From Octopus sinensis (Eukaryota): a stretch of 64,000 nt of DNA. Shown in pieces: positions 11,666 to 22,385 of this stretch. Where the stretch lies: NCBI RefSeq assembly GCF_006345805.1, contig NC_043010.1, positions 31,992,001 to 32,056,000 of the forward strand, in the 5' to 3' direction. Each line of letters opens with the position of its first letter. Position 1 is the stretch's first letter. The position numbers and the translations under genes were made by a program. The notes under the pieces were generated by a model, which saw only the letters and a program-made list of their open reading frames with translations, made no database searches and had not been told where the DNA came from.

Positions 11666-13000
11666 AATGTGGCACTGGTTTAAGGCCCACCTCTCCTACA
11701 TGTCAGGTCCTAGCACCCACAAAAGAAGTGCCACTGAAACATGGTTTGGTTTGCCCCACCCTTCTCACACAACGTCAAGATTTGTGTGGGAAGGATATTC
11801 CTGAGGTTAATAGACAAACACTTCATGCAGTTATTCAACAGACACAACCTAAGGGTCTCCTTTTGTTGTGCACCTAACATGAAAAGTATATTAGCTAACA
11901 CCCATAAAACACAGGAAGAGGCTGGTTGCTCTTGCAGAGTGTACAATGACTGTCCAGTGGGAAGCCAATGTGAAGCCAAGGGAATCATCTATGCAGTTGT
12001 GGTGATACCCAGGCCTAGCGACCACAGTAATAATAGCAATGGATCATCCAACAGCATCAAAGGCAGTGGCAGCAGCAGAAACACCAGCACTGACCCCAGT
12101 ACCAGCACTACAGCCAGAGAAGATGACCAGCAGCACCAGTGAACCTACTGGCCCCACACCCAACATTACCATCGATGGTACCTACATTACCACCAGTAGC
12201 AATAGCACCAACCTACAGATAGGGACAATCACAGCAACAGTAACTATAGCCACATCACTGGACCTGTGCCATCATAACAGCACTGAGAGCAGCCCCAACA
12301 ACATCAGTGGCAACAACATCCCCAAGCCCAGAAACAACCAGAGATGCATTACTAATGTGAACATAGCCAGCACCCAAGCCTGGAAATACATTGGATCAGC
12401 TAGTACGGCTTTCAAGTGACACTTGTATAACTACAGGTCCTCATTCAAGGTCTCAGGAACACAATTCATGATATTTATTGCCAGCGATGTGTGGTGCCTC
12501 AAAGATCAAAATTTACCATATGATATCAACTGGAATATCTTAGAACAGCCAGGCACCGACATCAATGGGGGCTGATACTGCAAGCTCTGTATTGCTGAGT
12601 GAACTAGGATACTTGAAGACTCCCTAAGGCCTGGGGTACTGAATACTCACCAAGAAATCTTCACACCATGCATCCATTTCAAGTGCTATCTGCTGCAAAT
12701 ATGGTATTCCCTGTTTGCTGACTAAGCTCAGAAGAGTCTTCACATTCCATTAGAAAGGAGTAGATCCCTTATTCCCTTCTCAAAATAGCTGGTCTAGGGG
12801 ATATAATCCATTCTCACTATTGCTGGACTCTTTATTCTCTGATGACCTTTTGACCATTGGCCTTAACAACTTTCCACTTCTAAGAGGTGAAGAGTTAATT
12901 TTGTCTTTGGACTAGAATCTGATTAGTCGTCCACAAAGTTATGGCTTTCATGGACGCGAAACCATTGGTCACTTGATGATCAGACATTAACTTTACTACT
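11666..13000 (+). mobile_element. 5'-truncated Naiad-type Penelope-like element: thumb, GIY-YIG endonuclease and 3' UTR
   Basis: ORF 11741..12142 MVWFAPPFSHNVKICVGRIFLRLIDKHF...VSFCCAPNMKSIL...GCSCRVYNDCPVGSQC..KGIIYAVVV; ORF 12039..12419 ends WKYIGSASTAFK; downstream *HLYNYRSSF, VWCLKDQNLPYDINWNIL, YCKLCIAE. Confidence 0.9.
12913..12976 (+). ncRNA. Degenerate type I hammerhead-ribozyme-like motif in the PLE 3' UTR
   Basis: CTGATTA (G8 to T vs CUGAUGA), stem II G-T-(C)-GTCCA/TGGACGC, GAAA, stem III ACC-ATT-GGT, C (GUC cleavage triplet). Stem I is poorly paired. PLE LTR-like regions are known to carry hammerheads. Confidence 0.5.
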
Positions 13001-13384
13001 TGTATATATATATATATGTACACACACACACATATACACACATCACACACACTGCTTCAATACACCACTCAAACACACCACCACAAAATAAGAAGCAAGT
13101 GCTAGTTTGATGTTTTATTGCCATCATCATTCTGTCTTAACTATATCCTCTTTTGAAATAATGCCATGGAATCATTGCTTGGAATTCACCTCAGCAGTTT
13201 ACATTAGAACTACTCTATTGATTTTACAATCATGTTTTTACAATTTTTCAAGAAATCACTGTTTTACTTTAATTTATATTTTTATTTGTTTGCTTATTAG
13301 AAATCATTCTTTTTTTGTGCACCAGTTTTCTATTGTGAGTCATTACCATTATTGTTGTTATTATTATTATTATTATTATTTTTT

Positions 13385-13700
13385 TTTTTTGTTTCATGCT
13401 GATATGGTTGGTATGTAGCTTTATAACAACAACTCTCCATCTATGTTGATCCTCTGTCTTGGCTGTTTATGAGCTCCAGCCTTCTAATGTATCTCTTCTG
13501 AAAATATTTCCTGGCCAACCTCAACCACTAGCATACTTCACTGTCACTGCCACCACCATCCCTACCAACAACTCTGTCACACATTTTCTCTCTGTATGCA
13601 TAAAGCATAGTTCTTACATGGAAGGCAATTTTGTCTTTTTTAACGGCACAAACATGTTACTCAACATATCAAAGCTTCTATATCACAATCTTTGATCACA
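13385..13700 (-). mobile_element. Old RTE-clade LINE 3' fragment
   Basis: Minus strand shows a decayed GRPGN-like C-terminal segment and a tail CCAACCATATCAGCATGAAAC followed by A/(AAT)n. Confidence 0.5.
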
Positions 13701-14059
13701 TAGATCACCCATCATCATACATCATCACAAGTAACCCACCACACTACCAAAGATGAGAATTAAAATCTTCAAAGACCCTACAAATATTCAACTTTTAGTA
13801 TAATTCCATTCATATTTATGGTGCATTAAAAAAAATATTAACTGACTTCTTTGGCTTGGATTTGAACACAGAATGTAATGGGCTGTAACTAAATACCACT
13901 AGGGATTTTTTTTATTCTCTAACAATTCTAGCAGTTCACACACACACACACTCACAGAAATAGAGAGAGAGAGAGAAGTAAAAAAACCTATTTAACCTGG
14001 TATGCGTTGACCAATGTCACTTTTGATACTTAAGGAAACCCTGTTGTTCTTCACATTCA

Positions 14060-14340
14060 TTGCTTGTTGTCATGTCACACTTCCATATATATCATCATGC
14101 ACTACCACACACTACTACCTGTACTCCAGACACTACCATACACTCACCATATGCACTATCACATGCTGTGTATTACCACACACCATCACATTACTGCGCA
14201 AATTATCACAGTACCATTGTACCATCACACTACTACCACTACTACTACTACTACTACTATAACTACCACATGCTACTACACTCTACCGTACATACACTAT
14301 CATACTCTATCATTACCATCTTGCCATCACATATTATCTA
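14060..14340. repeat. Degenerate CAC/TAC/CAT low-complexity tract with (ACT)n core
   Basis: Direct reading; yields His/Thr/Tyr-rich spurious ORFs in all three plus frames. Confidence 0.7.
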
Positions 14341-15129
14341 CTTTTCTGAATATTTCTAAATCAAATTGAGACCCTTATATCGTCAAGCATTGTCATATTA
14401 ACAATGTCACTGTTGTTGTTGTTGTTGTTGTTGCTGTTGCTGGTAGTCGGACGGAAAAATAAAATTTACATTGATTTACCTGTTGAAATTACTTTACCTT
14501 CATCACTTGTGCCACAGGAAGAGGTATAAATGTCACAAAACTTTTCCCTTGTAAATTCTATGTTCCTCGATTATATAAAAAAATCATTATCATTGAGTTG
14601 ATTTAAATGGTACCATTGGCTGGCTAGTTGGCCAGCTGATTGGCTGATTTTATGTATTAAGCCATATCTATTTCAAGATATCTCCCCTAGCTTGAACTCA
14701 CTTTCCATTGCATTAAAGGTCAGTAGAATATGTACCGTACTATTCCAACTTTCAATCAGTTGATTATATTTATCCATTTACACGAGCTGGGTTTCCTAAT
14801 TTATGAAGTCATCACAACCATCACCGTTATCACAACCATTACTACCATCGACATTACGACCACCATCACTACTATCGCCATCATCATTATTATTTCTATT
14901 GTAATAATAAATATTATTAAAATAGTGGGTTAGAATCCATTAGAGCATCAGAAAAAAATACCTTGCAGTATTTGTTTCAACTCTTGACATTCTGAGTTCA
15001 AATCCTGTTGTGGTCACCATTTTTCATTCCTCTAGGTTCAATAGAATAAAGTACCAGTCAACTATTGGGTCACTCTAATTAAATGACACCTTCTCAAAAC
15101 AGCTGGCCTTGTACCTAAATCAGACACAC

Positions 15130-15176
<47 letters not shown>

Positions 15177-15178
<2 letters not shown>

Positions 15179-15405
15179 AGCAGTGAACTGGCAGAATTGT
15201 TAGCACACTGGATGGAATGCTTAACGGTATTTTGCCATTTTGCCCGTCACTATGTTCTGAGTTTAAATTCCACCGAGGTCGACTTTACCTTTCATCCTCT
15301 AGGGGTCGATAAAATAAGTACCAGTTGAACACTGGAGGTCGATATAATTGACTCATCCCCTCCTCCAAAGTTGCTGCCCTTATGGCAAAATTTGAAGTCA
15401 TTATT
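15177..15405 (+). mobile_element. SINE family A (Meta-domain-like), inserted after (ATT)n
   Basis: AAAGCAGTGAACTGGCAGAATTG...GAGTTTAAATTCCACCGAGGTCGACTTTACCTTTCATCCTCTAGGGGTCGATAAAATAAGTACCAG. Confidence 0.85.
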
Positions 15406-15427
15406 ATTATCATTATGATTATTATTA

Positions 15428-15925
15428 TTGAGTGAGAAAGCAGTGCATGACATCAAAGTGACTCTGGGTTAAAATATACAAAGCCCAGTATACCCATCAT
15501 GATTACCTGTCTGATAAGGTTACACCAGACACATGCATCACAACCATATGTGCACGACATAGTGATCTTATATCAAGATAAACAGTGCATGAATTTGCAG
15601 GTGGTGCCTTGTTAGAATTTTCTTCAGGTTGAGTTGCCCATCCTGCTCAAAAGGTCCCTGAATAAGGATTGTTTAAGGATGTTGAATGAAAAACCCATGT
15701 ATCCAAAGGTGAATTATTCAAACTCCTAAGAATTCCTCTCAACACATGACTATGATGCTCCCCCACTACTTCTGCTCGTGATCAGAGATGCACATATCAT
15801 CAGCCACTAAGGGACATGATCAACTGGTTAAGGTCAAACAACTGACAAGCAAAACTGTGGTATTGAGTAGAATATTTGCTGTTGCCCATTTTGTATACCA
15901 TGACAAAACAATGTCTTGGTATAAA
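15428..15925 (-). mobile_element. Retroelement 3' segment with (AAT)n tail (family D; possibly a Dong-type 3' UTR or dependent SINE)
   Basis: Minus strand ends ...ATGCACTGCTTTCTCACTC-AATAATAAT; the same terminus occurs at 47536-47660 and 47727-47830. No ORF recognised. Confidence 0.6.
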
Positions 15926-15956
15926 AGATATTATTATTATTATTATTATTATTATT

Positions 15957-16852
15957 CTATGTTTGACTTTTGCTTTATATTTGTACAAGTTGGCTCCAAG
16001 TCTCACCCAGAGACCTCAAGAGACAACAGGGTTGGAAGTTCATGTTGTTGTTATGCCTAGTGTGCCATATATTTGGGGGGTGGGGATGTTGTACTAATGA
16101 ATGTCTAAAAAAAAAAAAAGTTTTTTTTTTTTTTTTTTTTTTTTTAAACCGAAAATTATGGTTGTTTTAAACCTTGAGGTTACATAGAGAGTATTTTGCG
16201 TAGGATATGAGCAGTTCCCATGAGCACTATCTTTTGAACTTCTGCCATTTTTGGGTTTCCTGGTATCTGAGTTAGGTAGCTATCAGCCCCTTTTGCTATC
16301 ATTCCCAGGGCACCTATGACAACAGGTATTGTTTTAGTCTTCAGCTTCCACATTTTGCTGATTTCTATTTCAAGATCTTTATATTTGCTCAGTTTTTGGT
16401 AGGTCCTGACAGATACGTTTATATCGATTGGGACAGTCATATCAATGAGGAGGCATGTTCTTTGTTTGAAGTCTTTCAATATGATGTCTGGCCTATTTGC
16501 ATCTATCTTCCTGTCAGTTTGAATGGTGAAGTTCCAGAGGAGTGAGATGTGGTCATTTTCAAGCACTGGGGGTGGTTTGTGTTCCCACCAGTTTTTTTCA
16601 TGGGGCAAATCCAGGTTTTTACAGATTACCCAGTGAATATATTGTGCAGCTCTATCGTGCCTGTTGAGATACTCTGTAGGCGCTAGAAGACTGCACTTGG
16701 AGACCACATGGTCAATGGTTTCATTTTGTTGCTTGCATACACGACACGTTGGACTGCTTCTGATCTTTAATATGTTGGCCTGGTAGTTTCTTGTTGGTAG
16801 GCATTGATCTTGAGCTGCTATGATAAACCCTTACTGCTATGATAAACCCTTA
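15957..16852 (-). mobile_element. Young 5'-truncated R4/Dong-like LINE (CCHC finger, RLE endonuclease, 3' UTR) inserted in (TAA)n
   Basis: Open frame GFIIAAQDQCLPTRNY...CRVCKQQNETIDHVVSKC...RHD...NRPDIILKD...LIDMTVP...KLSKYKDL...IPVVIGALG...LMGTAHILRKILSM* (ORF 16180..16707 plus upstream). (TAT)n lies on both sides (15929-15956 and 16850-16935). Confidence 0.93.
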
Positions 16853-16884
16853 TTATTATTATTATTATATTATTATTATTATTA

Positions 16885-16935
<51 letters not shown>

Positions 16936-16968
16936 GTAGTAGTAGTAGTAATAGTAGTAGTAGTAGTA

Positions 16969-17095
16969 AAGGCAGTGAGCTGGCAGAATCGTTAGTCTAC
17001 TGAACAAAATGCTTAACAGTATTTCACCTGTCGCTATGTTCTGAGTTCAAATTCCACCACTTTGCAGCAAAGTTTGAAACCATTATTATCATTAT
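16969..17095 (+). mobile_element. SINE family A, internally deleted
   Basis: AAAGGCAGTGAGCTGGCAGAATCGTTAG...GAGTTCAAATTCCACC joined directly to the 3' end CAAAGTTTGAAACCATTATT. Confidence 0.75.
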
Positions 17096-17119
17096 CATTA
17101 TTATTATCATTATTATTAT

Positions 17120-17410
17120 TATTGAAGACGTCCCACAGTATCCAATATCGTGATGTTGTGGATTGATGATATTATGTCTACTAGGGATTTTTACTGACTG
17201 TCAAGTCACAACAAGGACCTCAAACAGACAGTACTTTACACAGTATGCGTCCAGTTCCAAGTAAAGCTGATTTATGCAACACACCTAGATTACAGGGTAT
17301 TTCTAAAGCTTCTAGACATTTCTTCAAGCTGGGTGGTTTTGAACCCAATTCTCCGATGCCACATCTTGCAGCTGCCACATCTTGGCGATTTCAATTCTCA
17401 AATCTCCATA
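17120..17410 (-). mobile_element. R4/Dong-like LINE extreme 3' end
   Basis: Minus strand KYGDLRIEIAKMWQLQ and a decayed SALLGTGRILRKVL, followed by a UTR ending at (AAT)n near 17100-17125. Confidence 0.75.
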
Positions 17411-17869
17411 TTTATCAATCTTTTCTTTTTCTTTCATGAAAATATATCCTAGGGTCAATTTCTTCGACTAAGGGGTGGTGCTCCAGCATGGCCACTGTAA
17501 AATGACTGAAACAAGTAAAAGAATAAAAGAATACCAGAAAAACGTTCCATACCACTAAAGCAAGAAGGTCCTTTGAATATGTACGATGTATTTTAAGGCT
17601 AAATAGTGATTCCGTTTATGTTTGTGTAACTGAGATATTTTGGCTGGATTATATAGTCATTGGTGTTACATTACACTCTGTATTCTACAACTACCATAAT
17701 ATACTTTTCTAGGCCTGACATTTTTGTGGGGAGGGGGCCAGTTGATTAGATCAACCCCAGCATACAACTGGTCCTTAATTTACTCACCCTGAAAGGATGA
17801 AAAGCAAAGTTGACCTCGGCAGAATTTGAACACAGAATGTAAAGACAGACAGTCATAATATACAAACAT

Positions 17870-18270
17870 TTCTCATGGCACCAGTACAGTGTTTACAGAT
17901 GCTTACATTTTTAATGTTTTCCCTGAATTTTTCATGGGTCCAGCAAGTTATTGTTATTTCATATACACATAACAAACTGTAGGAAAAGAAAAATTCCTAA
18001 CAAATACCTTAGATGCCAAGAATTATCCTAAGTATTCTAGCTGTACCTAATAACACTGTTTTCTGGAGCTGTACTAAACTGTGTTTTATGCCTGTTTTCT
18101 CTATTTATCTGTTCAAATCTTTAGGGATAGTTCCTAATCCACCTATAACTACAGGGATACATTTTACCTGCACTTTCCATAGTCCCTGTAACTCAATGGC
18201 TAGGTCCTGGTACTTAGCTATTTTCTCTATACCTCTCATATTGACTTTCTCATCATTTTGGACTGTAAAG
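17870..18270 (-). mobile_element. R4/Dong-like LINE extreme 3' end
   Basis: Antisense of ORF 18013..18327 reads KIAKYQDLAIELQGLWKVQVKCIPVVIGGLGTIPKDL...LQKTVLLGTARILRIILGI*. Confidence 0.8.
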
Positions 18271-18714
18271 TCAATTATCTGGCAATTACAAGGTCAACTT
18301 TGCCTTTCATCCTTTCGGGGTCAATAAATTGAGTTCCAATGAAACACTGGGGTCAATATAATCAACTATCTCCCTCTCCCAAAATTTCAGGCCTCATGCC
18401 TATAGTAGAAAGGATTGTTGTTATTAAAAAGTTGTATTGGAACTGAGCACTGGATATTTTGTTATGTGTCTGTGGATTCTGAATTTAAATATTTGGTGAA
18501 GTTATTTTCCTTTATATTCTTCTAAGATTGTTAAAATAAGCACTGGTGTAGTATTGAGTTTTATTTAATCTTGTGTTCCCTTGTTATTAAAATAAATTTG
18601 TAGCCTTTGTATAAGTTATAAAAATACTGGCAGAATAAAAAGAATGTTGCCTAAAAGACAAAATTTCTGGTTGTTTTCCATTTGTATTTTGCCCTTTTAT
18701 ATTATTAGTTTAAA

Positions 18715-19245
18715 CTGTATAGAGGACAACTTTGTCTGCGTTGGAGAGATCCAGTTATCAGCTGAGTCTTATATGAAGCTTGCACAGTTACTTTCCTTTC
18801 AGCAGAAAGGACAGGCAGATTTTTCTGTTGTGTGGCCATGGCAAAAGAGGTTGTATGGTGGAATCAGAAATTGTCTGAATGGATTGAGGGCTGACACCTT
18901 TCTATTCAATGAAGCCATTATCAACTTCTTCAAGTGCTACTTGAAATTTGCTGAAAGGTGGATGAGAGTGATGAATATGACTACAATGTCTGTTGTCCCG
19001 GGAACTCAACTAGATGAAAGTACTTAGCTATGGCTTTAAGGATAATTCAAGATGTGTTATCTGCATGGAAGTCCATACAACAAAGTCCAAGTGCCTTGGT
19101 GGGTGTCTCATTTCCTTTGCTGCTGTGCTTTTGTTTAATTATGCCTGTTTTCTCATACACAATTCTGCATAAATTGCAACTATTTTTATAATAGGTCTTT
19201 GTAAAGTCTCCTCATCAATTACCCTTGTGGCAAATAATTAATTTA
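18715..19245 (+). mobile_element. Old, decayed relative of the Tx1/L1-like element at 20216 (ORF2 C-terminus and 3' UTR)
   Basis: Shared blocks TTATCAGCTGAGTCT, GTGGCCATGGCAAAAGA..TGGTGGA and ATCAACTTCTTCAAGT.C.ACTTGAAA with 21366-21550; 3' end CCCTTGTGGCAAATAA resembles CCCTGTGTGGCTAATAAAG. Confidence 0.75.
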
Positions 19246-19836
19246 AAGAATGACCTTCATCTAAGGAATATTCATTGTGGCCAACAAATTCTTGTTTTGG
19301 CTGTTATGATGGATGTTATGGTGACAGCAATAGAATATACTAATGTCACTATAGCTGAAAATAGAAATCACCACGGAAACCATTAATCAATGCTGCAATC
19401 TCCTCCTCCTCTTCTTCCTCCGCCACCGCTGCTAGCTCCTCCTCTTTCTCCTCCTCCCCTCCTTCCCTTCCTCCTGTGAACAATAACTTTTCAATGATAT
19501 CTATCTATCTCTCCCTTCTCTCTCCTTCTCCATCTATGAACAATTACATTTCAATAATCATACAGGTTCCTCTTCCCTTTATCTGTGATATAAATCTGTG
19601 TGTGTAATGCTATATGTGTATAACACAATGTGCATAACATCTGTATGTGAATAACACTGTGTGTATAACATCTGTGTATGTATAACATCCATGCGTGCAT
19701 AACTCTGCATGCTTATTTCTGTATAAATCTGGCTATCAATCCATCCATCTGTCAATATATGTACTGTCAGTTTATCTATCAATACATGTCTATTTATATC
19801 TGTCTGTCTGTCTGCCTCTATAATTATATATTATTT

Positions 19837-19837
<1 letters not shown>

Positions 19838-19930
<93 letters not shown>

Positions 19931-19955
19931 GTCTATCTATCTATCTGTCTATCTG

Positions 19956-19991
<36 letters not shown>

Positions 19992-20012
19992 CCTACTTAC
20001 CTGCCTACCTAC

Positions 20013-20074
<62 letters not shown>

Positions 20075-20117
20075 CTATCTATCTATCTATCTGTCTATCT
20101 ATCTATCTATCTATCTG

Positions 20118-20176
<59 letters not shown>

Positions 20177-20215
20177 GTCTATCTATCTATCTATCTATCT
20201 GTCTATCTATCTATC
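19838..20215. repeat. (CTAT)n microsatellite, left flank of the Tx1-like insertion
   Basis: Direct reading. Confidence 0.98.
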
Positions 20216-21667
20216 TTGCGGAAGCTGGCGACTCTAAGGGGCATCCCGCGAGAATTGGGATGCGGGACGAGCATGTCTGCATACGCGGACGACGTCACCG
20301 TCATAGTGTCTAGCCACGAGCACATCGAGCTGGTCGGCGAGACACTGAAAAACTACGAAGCGGTGACAGGAGCGAAAATCAACCGGGAAAAGTCAGTGGG
20401 CTTGCGACTAGGCACCTGGAGAAGCAAGCCCATGCCGTCCACCAGCGCCTCCGTCGTGGGACGCTGGACCGACGGCCCGGTTGAGTTGCTCGGGGTCTGG
20501 TTTGGTCCGGACCTCCAAGTGGAGAAGAACTGGAACGAGATAACGAGTAGGGTGGTCACTCTCGCCCGGCAATGGGCCGAGAGGAAACTGTCCCTAAAAG
20601 GTCGAGCGGAGGTGGCGAACACGTACATCGCGTCCGTCATCTACTACCGCCTGACCGTCGTACCTTGTCCCGACCCTACCATCACCAAACTACAACGCAT
20701 CCTCTTTCGCTTCTTGTGGAAAGGATGCGTCCCGATGGTCAGGCGATCCATTTGCTGTCAACACCCGTTAAAAGGAGGGCTGGGCATGCCGTGGTTGATG
20801 ATGCGCAGACACGCGCTGAGACTGCGACATCTCTGGCTCTATGTAGACGACGGTGAACAGGTGTGGTCGCCGTTTGTGAGGCACGCTTTCCCGCAGCTCG
20901 TCTCCATGACCGAACTGCAGTCGTGGATCAAAAAGAGGCCGAGGAAGGGCGAATGGCACCGCGAGTGTCGCGTTGCTCTCAAGCAACTCTGCCGTCCTGG
21001 GTCGACCTTAAGTGACTTCAACACAACCAAAGCATTCTATAGGGGTTTAGTGGAGGGGAGGTACGACGACGAGCTCGGGGCGAACCTGGACGTCGACGAG
21101 GAGTACCTGACCCGCCTGTTCGGGACGACTTTCGGGCCAGGGCCCATGGACAACTTCCAGAGATCCCTGGCCTGGCAGTGCTACCGAGAAGCGCTACCCG
21201 TTCGGGATAAGCTCTACAGACACGGCTCGAGAAACACGGGGCCGACCTGCCCGAGATGCGGTCAGAGCGACGAAACCGTTCTGCACGCACTCGTTCAGTG
21301 TCCAACAATTTCCGACCTGTGGGCTTATGTCGAACAACTGCTGTCACGTGTGGGACGAGTCGGTTTATCAGCTGAGTCTATCGTCAATATTGTCACGCCT
21401 CCTTCCTTCAAACGGGAAGGAAGAGCTATTTTCATCATCCTTGTGGCTATGGCGAAAGAATGTATCTGGTGGACGCGTCTGAAAGGATTGGAGACAAACA
21501 CTTTCCTCTCTGGTCAATCTCTCATCAACTTCTTCAAGTACCACTTGAAAAGGAAAGTGAGAGTAGAGAGGCAAGTTTTGTCTAGCGAATGTTTTAAAAA
21601 AAGATGGGTGAATGTAGCAAGAATGGCACGTATGAATGACGAAGCCACCTTGAGCATAGTCCTATGA
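20216..21667 (+). CDS. Tx1/L1-like ORF2 fragment: RT motifs 5-7, thumb, zf-RVT region and CCHC finger (5'-truncated; the TTG at 20216 is not a real start)
   Basis: [87 protein letters not shown]; no stop in 483 codons. Confidence 0.88.
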   Translation: MRKLATLRGIPRELGCGTSMSAYADDVTVIVSSHEHIELVGETLKNYEAVTGAKINREKSVGLRLGTWRSKPMPSTSASVVGRWTDGPVELLGVWFGPDLQVEKNWNEITSRVVTLARQWAERKLSLKGRAEVANTYIASVIYYRLTVVPCPDPTITKLQRILFRFLWKGCVPMVRRSICCQHPLKGGLGMPWLMMRRHALRLRHLWLYVDDGEQVWSPFVRHAFPQLVSMTELQSWIKKRPRKGEWHRECRVALKQLCRPGSTLSDFNTTKAFYRGLVEGRYDDELGANLDVDEEYLTRLFGTTFGPGPMDNFQRSLAWQCYREALPVRDKLYRHGSRNTGPTCPRCGQSDETVLHALVQCPTISDLWAYVEQLLSRVGRVGLSAESIVNIVTPPSFKREGRAIFIILVAMAKECIWWTRLKGLETNTFLSGQSLINFFKYHLKRKVRVERQVLSSECFKKRWVNVARMARMNDEATLSIVL

Positions 21668-22075
21668 ACCCAGAAATCGAAAACAGAGAGTTGCTTATTT
21701 GCAAAAAAAAAAAAAAAAAAAAAAGAAATATAAAATGTGACTTCATTGACCGAGGTTACCGTGGTCTTTTCTGCAGGCTTTTCTTTCCACGGGTAAACCT
21801 CACCTGTCCTCCCCTTTACACTTCATATTGACATTTCTGTGATAACGATCCCTATTGATCATTTTTTTTTCCTCTCCCCCCTTTTTTTTTTTTTTTTTTT
21901 TTTTTTTAACCCCCCTTATTTTTGTCCTCTTTCTCTCCTTTTACGATCCCTTTTGATCGAACCTCCCCCTTCCTTTTTTTTTTTTTTTTTTTTTTTTTTA
22001 ATACCTTCAAAAGAAAAGCTCTACCTTGTAATTTGTTCTATCTGTGTGCAGCCCTGTGTGGCTAATAAAGAAACA
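20216..22075 (+). mobile_element. Young 5'-truncated Tx1/L1-clade non-LTR retrotransposon
   Basis: Unbroken ORF2 3' part plus ~410-bp 3' UTR with A/T runs and stem-loops, ending GGCTAATAAAGAAACA directly into (TATC)n. CpG-rich and roughly 50-60% GC by eye versus AT-rich flanks. Confidence 0.93.
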
Positions 22076-22112
<37 letters not shown>

Positions 22113-22122
22113 GTCTATCTAC

Positions 22123-22160
<38 letters not shown>

Positions 22161-22194
22161 GTCTATCTATCTATCTATCTATCTGTCTATCTAC

Positions 22195-22248
<54 letters not shown>

Positions 22249-22271
22249 GTCTATCTATCTATCTATCTATC

Positions 22272-22310
<39 letters not shown>

Positions 22311-22385
22311 CATCTATCTATCTATCTATCTCTCTATCTATCTATTTATCTATCCATCAATATACTAATCCATCCATCCATCCAT
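22076..22385. repeat. (TATC)n microsatellite, right flank/tail of the Tx1-like insertion
   Basis: Direct reading. Confidence 0.97.

Noticed and set aside
12400-12610. Three in-frame TGA codons in the Naiad-like endonuclease as possible selenocysteines (some Naiads are known to encode selenoproteins)
   Set aside because: None falls at a Cys position (all motif Cys are TGC/TGT). They sit where Arg/Lys is expected and fit CGA-to-TGA CpG decay.
12839-12895. Possible SECIS element or second hammerhead (CTGATGACCTTTT...AAGAGGTGAAG)
   Set aside because: There is no AA motif at the required distance from the quartet, pairing is out of register for SECIS, and GAAA is not intact for a hammerhead.
18644-19027. 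127-aa ORF as a novel small gene
   Set aside because: It is a frameshifted remnant of the Tx1-like ORF2 C-terminus.
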